64,000 nt of DNA from Rhynchobatus australiae (lineage: Eukaryota). A program made the position numbers and the translations under genes. A model generated the notes under the pieces. It was not told the DNA's origin and made no database searches. It was given only the letters and a program-made list of their open reading frames with translations. The stretch is from positions 119,291,215 through 119,355,214 of the forward strand of contig JAUZTB010000064.1 in assembly GCA_034780895.1 (NCBI GenBank). Direction: 5' to 3'. Within the stretch, counting starts at the first letter, position 1. The number at the start of each line of letters is the position of its first letter. Below are positions 36,740 to 49,102 of the stretch, one piece after another.

Positions 36740-38110
36740 TTACAACAACAGCTTGTATTCATAGGCCAATAATCTATGAATGCCTTTTAAGCTGTTTTTG
36801 TCAATCCAAAGAAGTGGTAACTATTAGATTAGTCAAAAATTAATTTTAAGGAGGGGCTTAAATCAGAATGGAGGGGGGAAGAAATTCATTTTGGGAATTG
36901 CAGAATACACTACTTGGATAGATAAAAGCATCTGGCTGTCAAATGTGTTGCAGAAGGCCAAAGTCAGAGGAATAAGGATGTTAAGGGATGAGGGGATATT
37001 GGGCTTCAGACTGAGTTTACAAAGGGATTTAAATATGAAGATGAGAATTTAACACTAAGTATTGGGAGTGAGTATTTCAGCAGAGGTGAGGAGGAATTTG
37101 AGGAAGGGTAGGAAGTGGGTAGTAGAGTTTTTGATAATCTGGTTGATGGAGAATGGGGAGTTGGCCAAGAAAGTATTGGAATAGTGGAGAAACAAAGGAC
37201 TGCAGATGCTGGAATCTAGATGAAAAACACGATGATGCTGGAGGAACTCAGCAGGCCAGGCAGCATCCATGGGAATAGTAGAGTCTGGTGATGAGTTTTG
37301 GATGAGCAAATCAACAGCAGACGAGTTGAGGTAAGCTAAGACTGACAGCATTAGGGAGGTGGAATTAGGCACACTTTGATGGAAAGGTTACGGAATGTGA
37401 TGTTCACTTCTGGTCAGATGAGCTACCAAGGCTTGGCTGAACACTGGTGAGGGGAATTGATTCTTTAACAATGGTGTGGTGTTTGTGATGGAACTGAAAA
37501 TGATGGCTTTTGTCTTCCCAGTGTTTGTATGCATCTGTGAAATTGGATGTTAGGGCAAGCAGGCTGGCAAAGAAGGGAGTGAAGTGGTCAAGACAGGAAG
37601 GAAAGTTGCTACTGGATGTCATCAGCACATGTGAAAGTGGACCCTGAATTATTGGGTAATGTTGCTATGGGCCAGAGAGTAGTTTAGGAGGCAAGGCTGG
37701 ATTCTTGAAGCTTCTTTGTTTTAGAAGCCTGGATAATACTTGGACAGGCAAGGGATGAGTTGAGTGCAGACAGTCTCAGTGCCAGATAATGGAAAGAGGC
37801 CTTTTACAAGCATGGTGTAATTGACCTTTTCAAACTTGGAGGGAATGGATAATGCAATACACTTAGAATCTCAGTGGATGCTGTTTGTGACTTTGGCTAA
37901 GGCAGTCTTTTTTAGCTGGAGAAGGTTTGGAAACTTGAGAAATCTAAGCAGAGTTGCTTGAAAGATGATCATGGAGTGATGCTGTGTATTGGAGGCAAGG
38001 TTGTTAGGGGACAGAAGTATGCAAGGACATAAGGGTTAAGGGTTTTTTTTAAACTTAAGGACCTTGTTGATTATGGCAATTTTGGAAAGGAGAAGAACAA
38101 CTTGCAAAGT
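36740..38110 (-). mobile_element. Old L2 LINE 3' portion
   Basis: acaacaacagcttgtatt tail; ttggccaagaaagtattggaatagt..gagtctgg corresponds to L2 RLDYSN.FLA on minus; long purine-rich decayed RT. Confidence 0.55.
37186..37271 (-). mobile_element. Young 86-bp PLE 3' terminus inserted in L2 with 8-bp TSD
   Basis: ggaatagt at 37178-37185 and 37272-37279 flanks ggagaaacaaaggactgcagatgctggaatctagatg...gcagcatccatg. Confidence 0.8.
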
Positions 38111-39673
38111 CACCTGGCATTAGTTGGTTTGAAAACTATATATTGTGCAACTGAATTGCTTCATGGAGCTAATGCCTTTCAAATATTTTTAGCACAGTCT
38201 GTATAAATAGTGCAATTTCACTTTGTTTTTAAAAAAGCAGTAAAGAAGAACCCAGTGATCTTGTTCTCGGAATCCCGAGGGATCTCTAATGAACAGTTGA
38301 GCTGGAAATGTAAACAGAGTTGTTGTCCTGATGGTATTTCTAAGACTGTACTGTGAAGAAGTCCAATTGTGCCTGTTGTGATGTGGTTTACTTAAGGGTG
38401 TGTACAGAGCAAGCTCTCTAAATATAACTGATATGGAAGTACTGCAGTGAGCTGGGGAAGGAGTCATGTGCCGTGTGAGGAAGGTTTGAGCGGCAGCTAT
38501 GATTAATTGTGGCAGTAGTTGTATGACATAGCAATAGCTGTAACCAGACTAAAAATAGTGTTGATATGGATCATTTGGCTGCATTTTCCTACTCCAACAT
38601 GACAGTTGGCTAAAGAGGATCAGCTTCTGTGTTTGGGTTTGCTGCCTGTTCCGCAGTTCCATGCCGAAATCATTTCAGACCTTGAGGTTTTTAAAAATAT
38701 GATTGGACTCTCATTTGTTGGTCGGTAGTGAATTTGGCAGGTGGGACGAGAAAGAAGTAATAGTTTGCTTTCATTCTGACTATGGTTTTGAAAAAAGGCA
38801 TATACTTGGACCCTATTTTGGAATAGAGATTCTTAATTTTTAAATTTAGGTTTAGTTTTGTAGTAAGGCCCAAAGTGGGTTTCTTCAGTCTTTGTTTTTA
38901 AACTGGATTCACCCTTGAACACACTGGGTCTTCTCAGAATTCACCTGGGTCATTGTTACAAGCTGGAGTTCACCCTTTTCATCATGTTTTCTTTCTTTCT
39001 GTCTCTGCCTTAGTAGCCTGTTAGTCCAGAGACAGTAAAATATCATTGGGTCTGCCAGTTTGGTTTTTTTTTGTCCTCCTACTTGGCAGTATCTGCAATT
39101 GCAATTCCTATATATAATATACTATTTGTTTTAAACAAATATGTATAGGTTTTGAATAGCAAAAGTATTTGAGTACTTGCTGACATGAACTAATGAATTG
39201 TAACTGGTCCATAATTACTGTTTTTCACATTTTGCATTCTTAAGCAAAGGTCGTACTTTGCATACTTTGCCACCACATGATGTAACTGACTCTTAAGGAT
39301 TGAAAATCTGTGGCCAAATCCCCGGTCTTCTGTTCTCTTTTCCACAGGCAGTAAACTTGTCCTTGAGTATCACCAGAATCTTTTTCTTTCTACAATTAGC
39401 TCTAACTTGTTCCATATTCTTCTTATGGATATCCTTCGGTGATCTCAATTCCACTGTCATTTAAAGAAAAAGCAGTGAAATATTTGCTTTTCATGTTAGG
39501 TTTTACCTTTTTAGACTCCTTTTCTCCAACATGAACTTTCTCCTATTGAACTTTCAGTATGATAATAAAAGCCCTTTCAAATTCTCTGCAAGTTTTTGTT
39601 TCATAAACAAAATCCACTGGCAACTTTCTTCAGTTTTATGAACTCTCAGCCTCTGACTCCACAAGCCAGAGAG

Positions 39674-39888
39674 GAGACAGGACTCTGCGGATGCTGGAAT
39701 CTGGAGCAAAAAAGAACAAATTGCTGGAGGAACTCAGTGGGTTGAGCAGCATCTGTGAGGGAGTGGGGGTGGGAGTGGCAGCAGGAGGGAATGGTCAACG
39801 TTTCAGTCCTGATGCAGGGTCTTGACCCAAAATGTCGACAACCAATGCCCAAGCTGCTGGGTTCCTCCAGGAGTTTGTTTTTTGACTC
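39674..39888. mobile_element. PLE-derived tails-outward hairpin with hammerhead-like core
   Basis: Left aaaaaagaacaaattgctggaggaactcagtg pairs with right gctgctgggttcctccaggagtttgtttttt; plus-strand tttcagtc CTGATGC A gggt-cttg-accc AAAATGTC gaca at 39801-39840. Confidence 0.7.
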
Positions 39889-40159
39889 CGTAAGCAAAAT
39901 ATTTCCAGACCCAGAAGTAAGGCAACAAATAACTTGTTGAAAATTAAAATTTTTGGTCCTTCTCTGATTACGACCTTGTTACTCCTGGNNNNNNNNNNNN
40001 NNNNNNNNNNNNNNNNNNNNNNNNNNNNNNNNNNNNNNNNNNNNNNNNNNNNNNNNNNNNNNNNNNNNNNNNNNNNNNNNNNNNNNNNNTGCCTAGTTTT
40101 TTTTTCCAGCATTAATGTGGTTGCTGCACAGTTTTTTTTAAAGAGTCAAACTGTGTCTT

Positions 40160-40680
40160 CAGCAAATGTTCCTATGGAACAAGTGAGAGGACACTGCTGC
40201 CAATGTGGGTGTCGTCTTCCAGGTCAACATCCCCAGCACTGAGTACCTAATTATAGTCACTTTGCTCTGTTGGGCAGGCCATGTTGCTTGCATGTTCAAC
40301 ACCACATCCTGAAATGGGTATTCTATTCCTGAGCCTTGTCATAGGAAGAGTGTTCCGGGTGGATAGAAGAGAATATTCAAGGATGGTCTTAAAGCCTCCT
40401 TGTAGAAATGAAACTTCCTCATTAACTCATGGGAATTCCTGCCCTTGACCTCCCAAAGAGGAATAGCAGTATTCAGCATGGCTTAGAGAATCTCGAGTGT
40501 TGGGAGCCCTGTGTAAAAACAAGGGCAGCACCTCAATGATCACCCCACCCCATCCAGCTGATGAGGCATCACCAATCCCACCTTTGTTAAAGTCTGCGGT
40601 TCCCACATTGGCCTCATCCTTTAGAATTGAAGTGGTACCGAGTCATTCTCCGTCCTGTGGGACCACCTAAATAGAAGATA
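40160..40680 (+). mobile_element. RTE-clade LINE 3' fragment
   Basis: caacatccccagcactgag (NIPS.E), tgggcaggccatgttgcttgcatg (WAGHV..M), ttcaaggatggtcttaaagcctccttg (FKD.LKASL). Confidence 0.7.
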
Positions 40681-41142
40681 GAATCCAGTGACTCAGATTA
40701 GAAGTAGGAAAAAGTCAATTGAAGTTGTGCACTGCATAATGTTGCCAAGAGTGCATAACTAATGAATTGATTTTCACATTTAGATACTGTTGAAATGGTA
40801 AAAGTTCAATTTATTCACAAATATTGTCAGTGTTAATCCTACTGTTTGATTCGTATTATGCACCTGAGTTAGCTCTGGGTAATAAGGTAAGCAGGGTATG
40901 TATATCCTTAGCATGTTTGTATATTCAATAGGCCACTGATGTTCTATTTCAGCTCCTGCTCTGATGATAAACTGCAGATGGCTAGTTGTAGGACTATTCT
41001 CCCAAATGATTCAGTGCCATAGAGCTGAGGGAGGGGGAAATAGCTCAACAAGTCAAATGCTGCTTTGTTTCACGCCAGTCCCTGGGTGCCAGACATTAAC
41101 TAGGGTTGTACGGAACAAGGTCACAGAAGTAAAAGTAAAGGC

Positions 41143-41415
41143 ACAGTAGTGCTTTACAGCGCCAGTGACCCAGGTTCAATTCTGGCTACTGTCTGTAAGG
41201 AGTTTGTATGTTCCCTCTGTGTCTGTGTGGGTTTCCTCCAGGTGCTCCAGTTTCCTCCCACATTCCAAAGACTTGCTGGTTAGGAAGTTGTGGGCATGCT
41301 ATGTTAGCGCTGGAAGCGTGGTGACACTTATGGGCTACCCCCAGAACACTATGCAAAAAGATGCATTTCACTGTGTGTTTCGATGTACATGTGACTAAAA
41401 GATGTATCTTATCTT
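41143..41415 (+). mobile_element. V-SINE-like SINE with a Rex1-like rather than CR1-like tail
   Basis: Head ttacagcgccagtgacccaggttcaattc; core gggtttcctccaggtgctccagtttcctcccacattccaaagac; tail tttcactgtgtgtttcgatgtacatgtgactaa ending in (atctt)2. Confidence 0.75.
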
Positions 41416-43024
41416 AAAGTCTCGGGAAGAAATGTGCAGGGAAGGGTGATTTCCGCTTTTTCTCCAAGCTCCCAGATTTGGGTTTTAGTGCCTTTTCCTC
41501 AGAAAAAGAGGGAGAAAGGCAAGGAGCAGCAGAAGGTTTAAAAGCATTTGGACAGGTACATGGATAGGAAAGGAATCGAGGGATATGGGCCACCTGCAGG
41601 AAAATGGAACTAGTGTAGATTGGCATCTGTTGGTGTGCATGAGTCAGGCTGAAGGACCTGTTTCTATGCTGTATGATTGTAAGGTTGAAATAAAAAGGAG
41701 ACAGCAGGAAAGAACGTGAAAGTAGACCACATGGTAACAAAATGTATAAGGATCATGGTAACATGATTTCCAGACATGCATTCTCAGCTCCTCCTCCTGC
41801 TAAAGGTCAGTTAAAACCTTAGCACTGTAACTTCTTGATTACTATTTCTTGATTTGCATTGCCCTTTTACTCTCTTGTCAATCTAGATTTTTCCCCGTGC
41901 CTTAGTCTTTCAGTCAGAGATCTTCGTAATAACATTTGCTGAAATGATGTGAAGCCTTTTTGTTGTGATGCCATATTTGGTGTACAAGAGGTCTCTGTGC
42001 TGCAGTGGACATTATTGGCAATGTTTGAATGTAATGTGCACAGTCCTAATGTTACTACTGTTCCAAGCAGTTGTTTTACCTTTTTAGTAAAGTTGGCAAC
42101 GCACAACAGTATACATTAGCAGATATTTACCAGGCTGAGTGTTCTTTTGATCAATGAACAGTTAAGTGCTCAATCAGATTTTATTTGTTATTGGGTTGCT
42201 TGGAGTTTGCTACAATATCATTTTAGTGAAGAAGTTCATTTTGTAAAGTCCTAGATATCCTTGTGCTTGGACAGAAGGGACAACTTATCCAATTATTGGA
42301 ACTGGATGAATTGAGGTGGAAGAAAACTTGATTGAAATTTGTCTTGCTTTATAAGGCAGTCGTTGGCTTGTAATTTAAGAAAAGCTTGTGTCGCTGGAAG
42401 CCCGAGTATATATTTGACAGAAGGCATGCAAACGAGGCTGTTTTTCTGGTTGAGTGTTACGAAGGAAATGCATTGGCTGGAATCTGGAAGAACTCTAATG
42501 CTTCCAGTGGTGTCATGGGATTTTGTATATTCACTTGAGCAGGCTCACTGTCATTTATTCAAAAGATTGTTGATAATGTAGCATTTCTTTAGCATTGCAT
42601 TGAACTGTCAAGCTCAATTACACACTTGTATCTTCAGGGGTTTGAGCCTCCTCAGCCTTCTGATGGGCAAGAGTGCTACTGACTAATCCATGAGATTGTC
42701 AGGAGCTTTTTGTTTCTTCTTTCAACCAGGGAATCTGAGACCATTCATGGTGTCAGTGCTAAAATTGGTTGCTTAACCTATCACAGATCAGGGTTCAAAC
42801 CTCAGGACCTTTTTTTTTACTGCATGTATTCATGTACAATGTATTAATCTGCCAAGCCACATCACTTGCTGAATTGTAAGGTCTCCACTCTCTTTGATAA
42901 TTGGGGAATATTTTTCAAATTTTAAATTCTTGGAAATAAATGTTGATTTGTCCAAAAGGTAAAACAACTATAGATCCTTTAGATGCTCAGCCAGTTGGCT
43001 AGTATCAGCAGAGCGAGAAATCGA

Positions 43025-44670
43025 GTTAATGTGTTGATGACTTAAATGAATATTTCTTGTCCTTCTCCACAGTAAATACAAACATGGAAGCTGATGAGTT
43101 CAGGGGAGGGAGTAGTGATATGCTGGAGCATATCACCATCACTATGGAGGCGATGTTGGAGGTCTTGAAAGAGATAAAGGTGGATAATTCCCTAGGTCCT
43201 GATGAGATGTATCCTGGGATGTTATGGGAAGCATGAGAGGAGATAGCTGGGGTCCTGGCAGAGATTTTTCTATCTTTATTAGCCACAGGTGAGGTACCAG
43301 AAGACTGGAGGATAGCAAATGTTATGCCTTTATTTAAGGAGGGCAGCAGAGATAAGTCAGGAATCTACAGGCAAGTGATAAAGTTATTGGAAGGGACACA
43401 AGATTTCCATTCGGAAAGGCGAGGACTGATTAGGGATAGCCAGTATGGCTTTGTGCATGGGAAATTTGATTTGAGTTTTTCTTTTGAAGAAGTGACCAAG
43501 AGGATTGACAAGAGCAGAGCAGTGGGCAATGTCTTTGTGGACTTTGGCAAGGCCTTTGACAAGGTCCCACATGATAGTCTTGTTTAGAAGGTTTGAGCAT
43601 ATGGGATCCAAGGTAAGCTAGGAAATTGGATGCAAACTTGGCTTTGTGGTAGGAGTCAATGTGTGGTGATCGAGGGTTGTTTTGTCAGATTCGAGGCCTG
43701 TGTCCAGTAGTGTGCTGCAGGGATTGGTGCTGGGTTATTTGTTTGTCATATATATGTGTATAATGTGTGTGTATGTGATGTAGGTGGCGTGATTAGTAAG
43801 TTTGCAGATGACACCAAAATTGGTGGTATAGTGGACAGTGAAGAAGGTTGTCTAAGGTTACAATGGGATATAGATCAACTGGGAAAGTGGGCAAGAAATT
43901 GCAGATGGAAGCTAACTTGGACAAGTGTGAAGTGATATGTTTTAGGAAGTTAAACCAGGGCAGGAAATGCACAGTAAATGGCAGGGCCCTGGAGAGTGCT
44001 GTTGAACAGAGACACCTTAGGGTACAAGTACATAGTTCCCTGAAAATGGGAACACGAGGAACACCCTGGGTGCGAGGAAGGCATACAGTCTGCTTGCCTT
44101 CACTGGCCGAGATATTTAGTCCAAGAGTTGGGACCTTAGTTTTACAAAATACAACTGTAATATGATGAGTCCTGTGTGCCGTTCTGGTCACCAAACTACA
44201 GGAAGGATGTGATTAAGTTGGTGAGGGTGCAGAAAAGATTCACAAGAATGTTGCCTGGAATGGAAGGCTTGAGTTATCAGGAGATTGGATAAGCTGGGTC
44301 TGTCATTCTTGAAATGGAGGATACTGAGAGGTGACATGATATATGTACATCGGGTAGATAACCAGAGTTTGTCTCCCTTAGTAGGGGTGTCTAAAACCAG
44401 AATGTGTAGGTTTAAGGTGAGATGGAGGAGGTTTAAAGGGGATTTGAGGGGTAACTTTTTTCCACACAGTCATTGATATCTGGAATGAGCTGCCAGAGGA
44501 GGTGGTGGAGACAGGAACAGCATTTTTAAGAGGCATCTGGACGGGTACTTGAATGAGCAGGGAATAGAGGGATATGGAATTAATACGGGCAATGGGATTG
44601 CTATAGGTGGGAATGTTCAGAATTAACACAGTGAGCTTGGAGGCCTGTTTCTATGCTATATAACTCTGAC
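43025..44670 (+). mobile_element. CR1 LINE ORF2 RT domain and 3' UTR, decayed
   Basis: GEVPEDWRIANVMPLFKEG, SQYGFVHGK, VFVDFGKAFDKVPH (ORF 43324..43587), SKFADDTKIGG near 43795, KCEVICF, GDM, CR1 tail. Confidence 0.9.
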
Positions 44671-46181
44671 CTGTTATCAGAATGTGTTGATTGTTTCCTT
44701 TCCCTGCTTCATTTAGTAAGGCACTACTTGATGTTTACATCATACAGCAATGTACATATTGCTTTTCTTTCCAATATCCTAGACACCAGATATTAAAGAA
44801 ATCTAAAGAGATTGTGAGTGTGAGGAAGTAAAGGGTTAAGGAATTGTGACTGTACATATAACTAATGAAAAAAATAGCATGGCAAGTCCCTGACTCAAGA
44901 CCAGTAACTACTGTGTCCGAAACTTGATTTGTAAACCAATTATACTAAACAATGAGTGTGATGTTTGTCTTTGTATCTTAGGTGCCTGATCGAAACTTGT
45001 GTAGCTGCATTGATTATGACAAGGACTGTACAAATTAATGCCTGCTCCTTTGTATTGCAGAGACCTCTGATAACGACTCTGTGTTAATGAGACTTCTCCC
45101 TGATAGTATACTGCTAATAATAAACACTATTTAACAGAGTTAATCCATGGCACTGTGTGATTTTTGCAGCAGGCAGGAGTGGGAACTTAAATTGGGACAA
45201 GTGTACAGAAAGTCTGAAGCAACTGACTGCTCCTGTGCAAAATTAGCAAAAACCATGTAAATTAACAGACCTTTGAATTAAATAAATAGTTGGTGAGTCT
45301 GGTAGGGAACTTTTATATTGGCTTATGTACAGGGATACTAATCTGCCAATTTCCTATCAGTCTGAAATCCCACCTTCTATGAGAGAAGAGACAAAGCAAA
45401 GGTCTGTTACTAGAGTTCACCTTGATGAGTTTTGCAGTTTATTGTTCAAACAGCAGTAATCTTGGAAAACAGCTCAAATTGTACACTGTGGCTGTAGAGT
45501 GTATCGCCAAAAATAATATGGTAATTTAAAATTGCATCCTACTTGGCGATTTACAAATATGGTTTTATCTAATTTGTTAATTTTAGTTGTTCAAGCAGAC
45601 TGCATAATCCATGTTATCAATTGGGATTGGCAGCTTTTAGTGTGCCTTATAGTGGGATATGTTAAATTATGTACATTTATCCTTTGCAAATGTTTTGGTT
45701 GTCTGCTAGATAAGAGTATTTCCACATACGTCTTATGTATTACCTTGGAGCTCCTGCAATCTGGGTTGAATCCTGATCCTCTGTGCTGTCTGTGAGGAGT
45801 TTGCATGTTTTCACTGAACTGGCTTCAGGTGCTCCAGTTTCCTCCCTCATCCCAAGGATGCTGATATGCTAATTGGCCACTATAAATTGTGTACTTATAA
45901 GGCAATCCATTTATCAGGATGCATGCTTATTTTACCTATTAATGGTAGATTAAATTGTGTAACAACAGATCTAATCATGTTATCAAAGAAAAGAGAGAAT
46001 GGAAATACTCTTTTGGAAGGTCTTTGCTGGTCAGATTGAGGTTTATGTTGTAAACTCCAATTTTATCTACACCAGTATTTCATCTGCCTTTTTTCTATAT
46101 AATTCCCAACTCTGTACTTTAGTAAAATGGCTGTTCTAGAATGTTCGATTTAACCTTTTCTCTACTAGTTGGTTAATAATA

Positions 46182-46378
46182 AAAACACACAATTCTGGAA
46201 CTACTCAACATATCAGTCAGCACCTGTGGAGAGGGGAAAATAGCTAACATTTCAGGTAAACCTGTGCATGTCTAACCTCCTTCCTCTTTCTCTCCCCACA
46301 AATGCTGCCTAACTTGTTGAGTATGTCTACCATTTTCTGTTTTTGTTGCTGATATCTCCGGTATCTGCATTATTTTGC
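46182..46378. mobile_element. Older PLE-derived tails-outward hairpin
   Basis: Left tactcaacatatcagtcagcacctgtggagagggga pairs imperfectly with right tctctccccacaaatgctgcctaacttgttgagta. Confidence 0.55.
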
Positions 46379-46946
46379 TTTTGTAGTTGGTTGACCACAG
46401 TGGGTGTAACAGCTAATTGTGGCTCCATCACTTAAATTCAATGACCACTTTTGGAAAACGCACATGTAAACAGGAGTATCACTAGAGCTTCTCAGGACCA
46501 TAACCTCATTATCCTGAGCACAACTTAATGGAGACAATGTGGCTTTGTAATTCACTGTAAGTTTGTTTCAAGCTTAATTTGGAAATAAACAGCAAACTCT
46601 CTATAACTAGTGACATATGTTTTTGTTTATGGATCATTTTTGTTCTCTCTAGCATGTAATGGTGATAATTTATACCAGGCTGCCAGTTATTTTTCTTTCT
46701 ATATCAGGATATTCTCACTGCACAGTGATATGGCTTTANNNNNNNNNNNNNNNAAGCTCTGAAGTTAAAACATTACACATTTAGTGCATGATTAAAGGCA
46801 GGTCGGCAGCATTTACTCAAATTGACCAGAATTCCATGCTCATCTGCCTCAAGGATAAGTTTGTCCAGATCAGAGAGCAAGGTGAGGACAACAAAATAAA
46901 TCCTGGCTTGGAGGAAAGGAACATTTCCTGCTGAGCACTTTATTTT

Positions 46947-46971
46947 GGGGGGGGGGGGGGGGGGGGGGGGG
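46947..46971 (+). repeat. Poly-G run (25 nt)
   Basis: Read directly. Confidence 0.85.
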
Positions 46972-47904
46972 TGGTGTGTGGTGGAAGGAGAGGGTGGGAA
47001 GTGGAACAGGTCAGAGTAGAAGAGCTCACGAGAAGTGGGAATTGGAAGTGGCTGATGGCTGGGCGGCTGGATGTTGTGACTCCGACATGCGGCTCAGCAC
47101 AAGGCGAGGTGCTCATCACAAACTACGTCTCAAACCTGTTTTCTAATGCTCACAAGACAACAGCCAGGGAATATGCAATCGGTCACACACTGCTGCGAGA
47201 TGTGAAAAGGAGACCCAGTGGCGGCGTGAAGTGGGAACTTTCTGTTGATGTGAGAATCCCAAACCCGTCGATACCTGTGCTGCAAAGTGCCGGCAGACTG
47301 GCATGGAAGAGCCAGCATTTCCCAGAGGGATTCAGTCCCCTGGGCCAATATTGTGGTGAANNNNNNNNNNNNNNNNNNNNNNNNNNNNNNNNNNNNNNNN
47401 NNNNNNNNNNNNNNNNNNNNNNNNNNNNNNNNNNNNNNNNNNNNNNNNNNNNNNNNNNNNGGTTGGAAAACAAGATATGCCTGTTAATTCTAACCAGGCA
47501 ACAGAAAATGACTGAGTTTTTACTTTAGACTGTGACAGAGAGGAGGAGAAAGGGTTCATGAAGCTGGAAGACAAATGTTTTTAACATTATGAAAACCATT
47601 ATTTTTGTTAGAGTAGCATTTAAGAAATATTCTTTAAAGGCTGTACATCACTGTGGATGTATGGCATAGTGTCTTTCTTGTTAAGCTTATGGATGTGGCT
47701 CTTAAATCTTCCCAAATTTTAGTCGGTGAGGGGCTGTGTTAATTTTAAAAACTTTACTTGGTACATAGTGAAGTTGAACTAACAGATGCTGGGTGTTTAA
47801 TGCGTTGTAACAGCACATCAGGGGATGTGAGCTTGCACTTCTGTGTGTCCACATAGGTCTATCTGCTTTTTGCTGTTTGTCCATGTATCTTGATTTTCGG
47901 ACAA

Positions 47905-49102
47905 CTGCAGGAGGCCGTTCAGCACATTTGACCATGTTGACTCCCTAGGGAGCAATCCCATTAATCTATTTCCTCTTATTTCCCTGTACCCTGTAACTTA
48001 TTCTCTCGCACAAGCCCATGAACTCTCCTTTGATCTTTTTCACCATCAACCTGCACTAAGGGGTAATTTATAGCAATCAACTAACCTACCAGCTCTAGTT
48101 AGGGATAAGGGAGGAAACCAGAGCACCCTGAGGAAACCCAGGCAAACACGGGGAGCATGTACAAACTCCTCACAGACAGCGGCGGGAAATGAACCCAGTT
48201 CACTGGCGCTGTAATAGCGTCACNNNNNNNNNNNNNNNNNNNNNNNNNNNNNNNNNNNNNNNNNNNNNNNNNNNNNNNNNNNNNNNNNNNNNNNNNNNNN
48301 NNNNNNNNNNNNNNNNNNNNNNNNNNNNNNNNNNNNNNNNNNNNNNNNNNNNNNNNNNNNNNNNNNNNNNNNNNNNNNNNNNNNNNNNNNNNNNNNNNNN
48401 NNNNNNNNNNNNNNNNNNNNNNNNNNNNNNNNNNNNNNNNNNNNNNNNNNNNNNNNNNNNNNNNNNNNNNNNNNNNNNNNNNNNNNNNNNNNNNNNNNNN
48501 NNNNNNNNNNNNNNNNNNNNNNNNNNNNNNNNNNNNNNNNNNNNNNNNNNNNNNNNNNNNNNNNNNNNNNNNNNNNNNNNNNNNNNNNNNNNNNNNNNNN
48601 NNNNNNNNNNNNNNNNNNNNNNNNNNNNNNNNNNNNNNNNNNNNNNNNNNNNNNNNNNNNNNNNNNNNNNNNNNNNNNNNNNNNNNNNNNNNNNNNNNNN
48701 NNNNNNNNNNNNNNNNNNNNNNNNNNNNNNNNNNNNNNNNNNNNNNNNNNNNNNNNNNNNNNNNNNNNNNNNNNNNNNNNNNNNNNNNNNNNNNNNNNNN
48801 NNNNNNNNNNNNNNNNNNNNNNNNNNNNNNNNNNNNNNNNNNNNNNNNNNNNNNNNNNNNNNNNNNNNNNNNNNNNNNNNNNNNNNNNNNNNNNNNNNNN
48901 NNNNNNNNNNNNNNNNNNNNNNNNNNNNNNNNNNNNNNNNNNNNNNNNNNNNNNNNNNNNNNNNNNNNNNNNNNNNNNNNNNNNNNNNNNNNNNNNNNNN
49001 NNNNNNNNNNNNNNNNNNNNNNNNNNNNNNNNNNNNNNNNNNNNNNNNNNNNNNNNNNNNNNNNNNNNNGTGTTATGCTAACTGCTACAATACCGTGCCT
49101 GC
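47905..49102 (-). mobile_element. V-SINE-like SINE split by an N gap
   Basis: gggaggaaaccagagcaccctgaggaaaccca...acaaactcctcacagacagcggcggga...ctggcgctgtaatagcg[gap]gttatgctaactgctacaataccgtgcc. Confidence 0.7.

Noticed and set aside
46971-47528. 185-aa plus ORF as a possible coding exon
   Set aside because: Starts in a poly-G run, spans a gap and has no similarity I recognise to SAMD11 or other proteins.
48224-49069. Large gap inside a SINE head suggesting a hidden insertion
   Set aside because: Content unseen; the flanks nearly abut on the SINE consensus, so gap size may be a scaffolding estimate.
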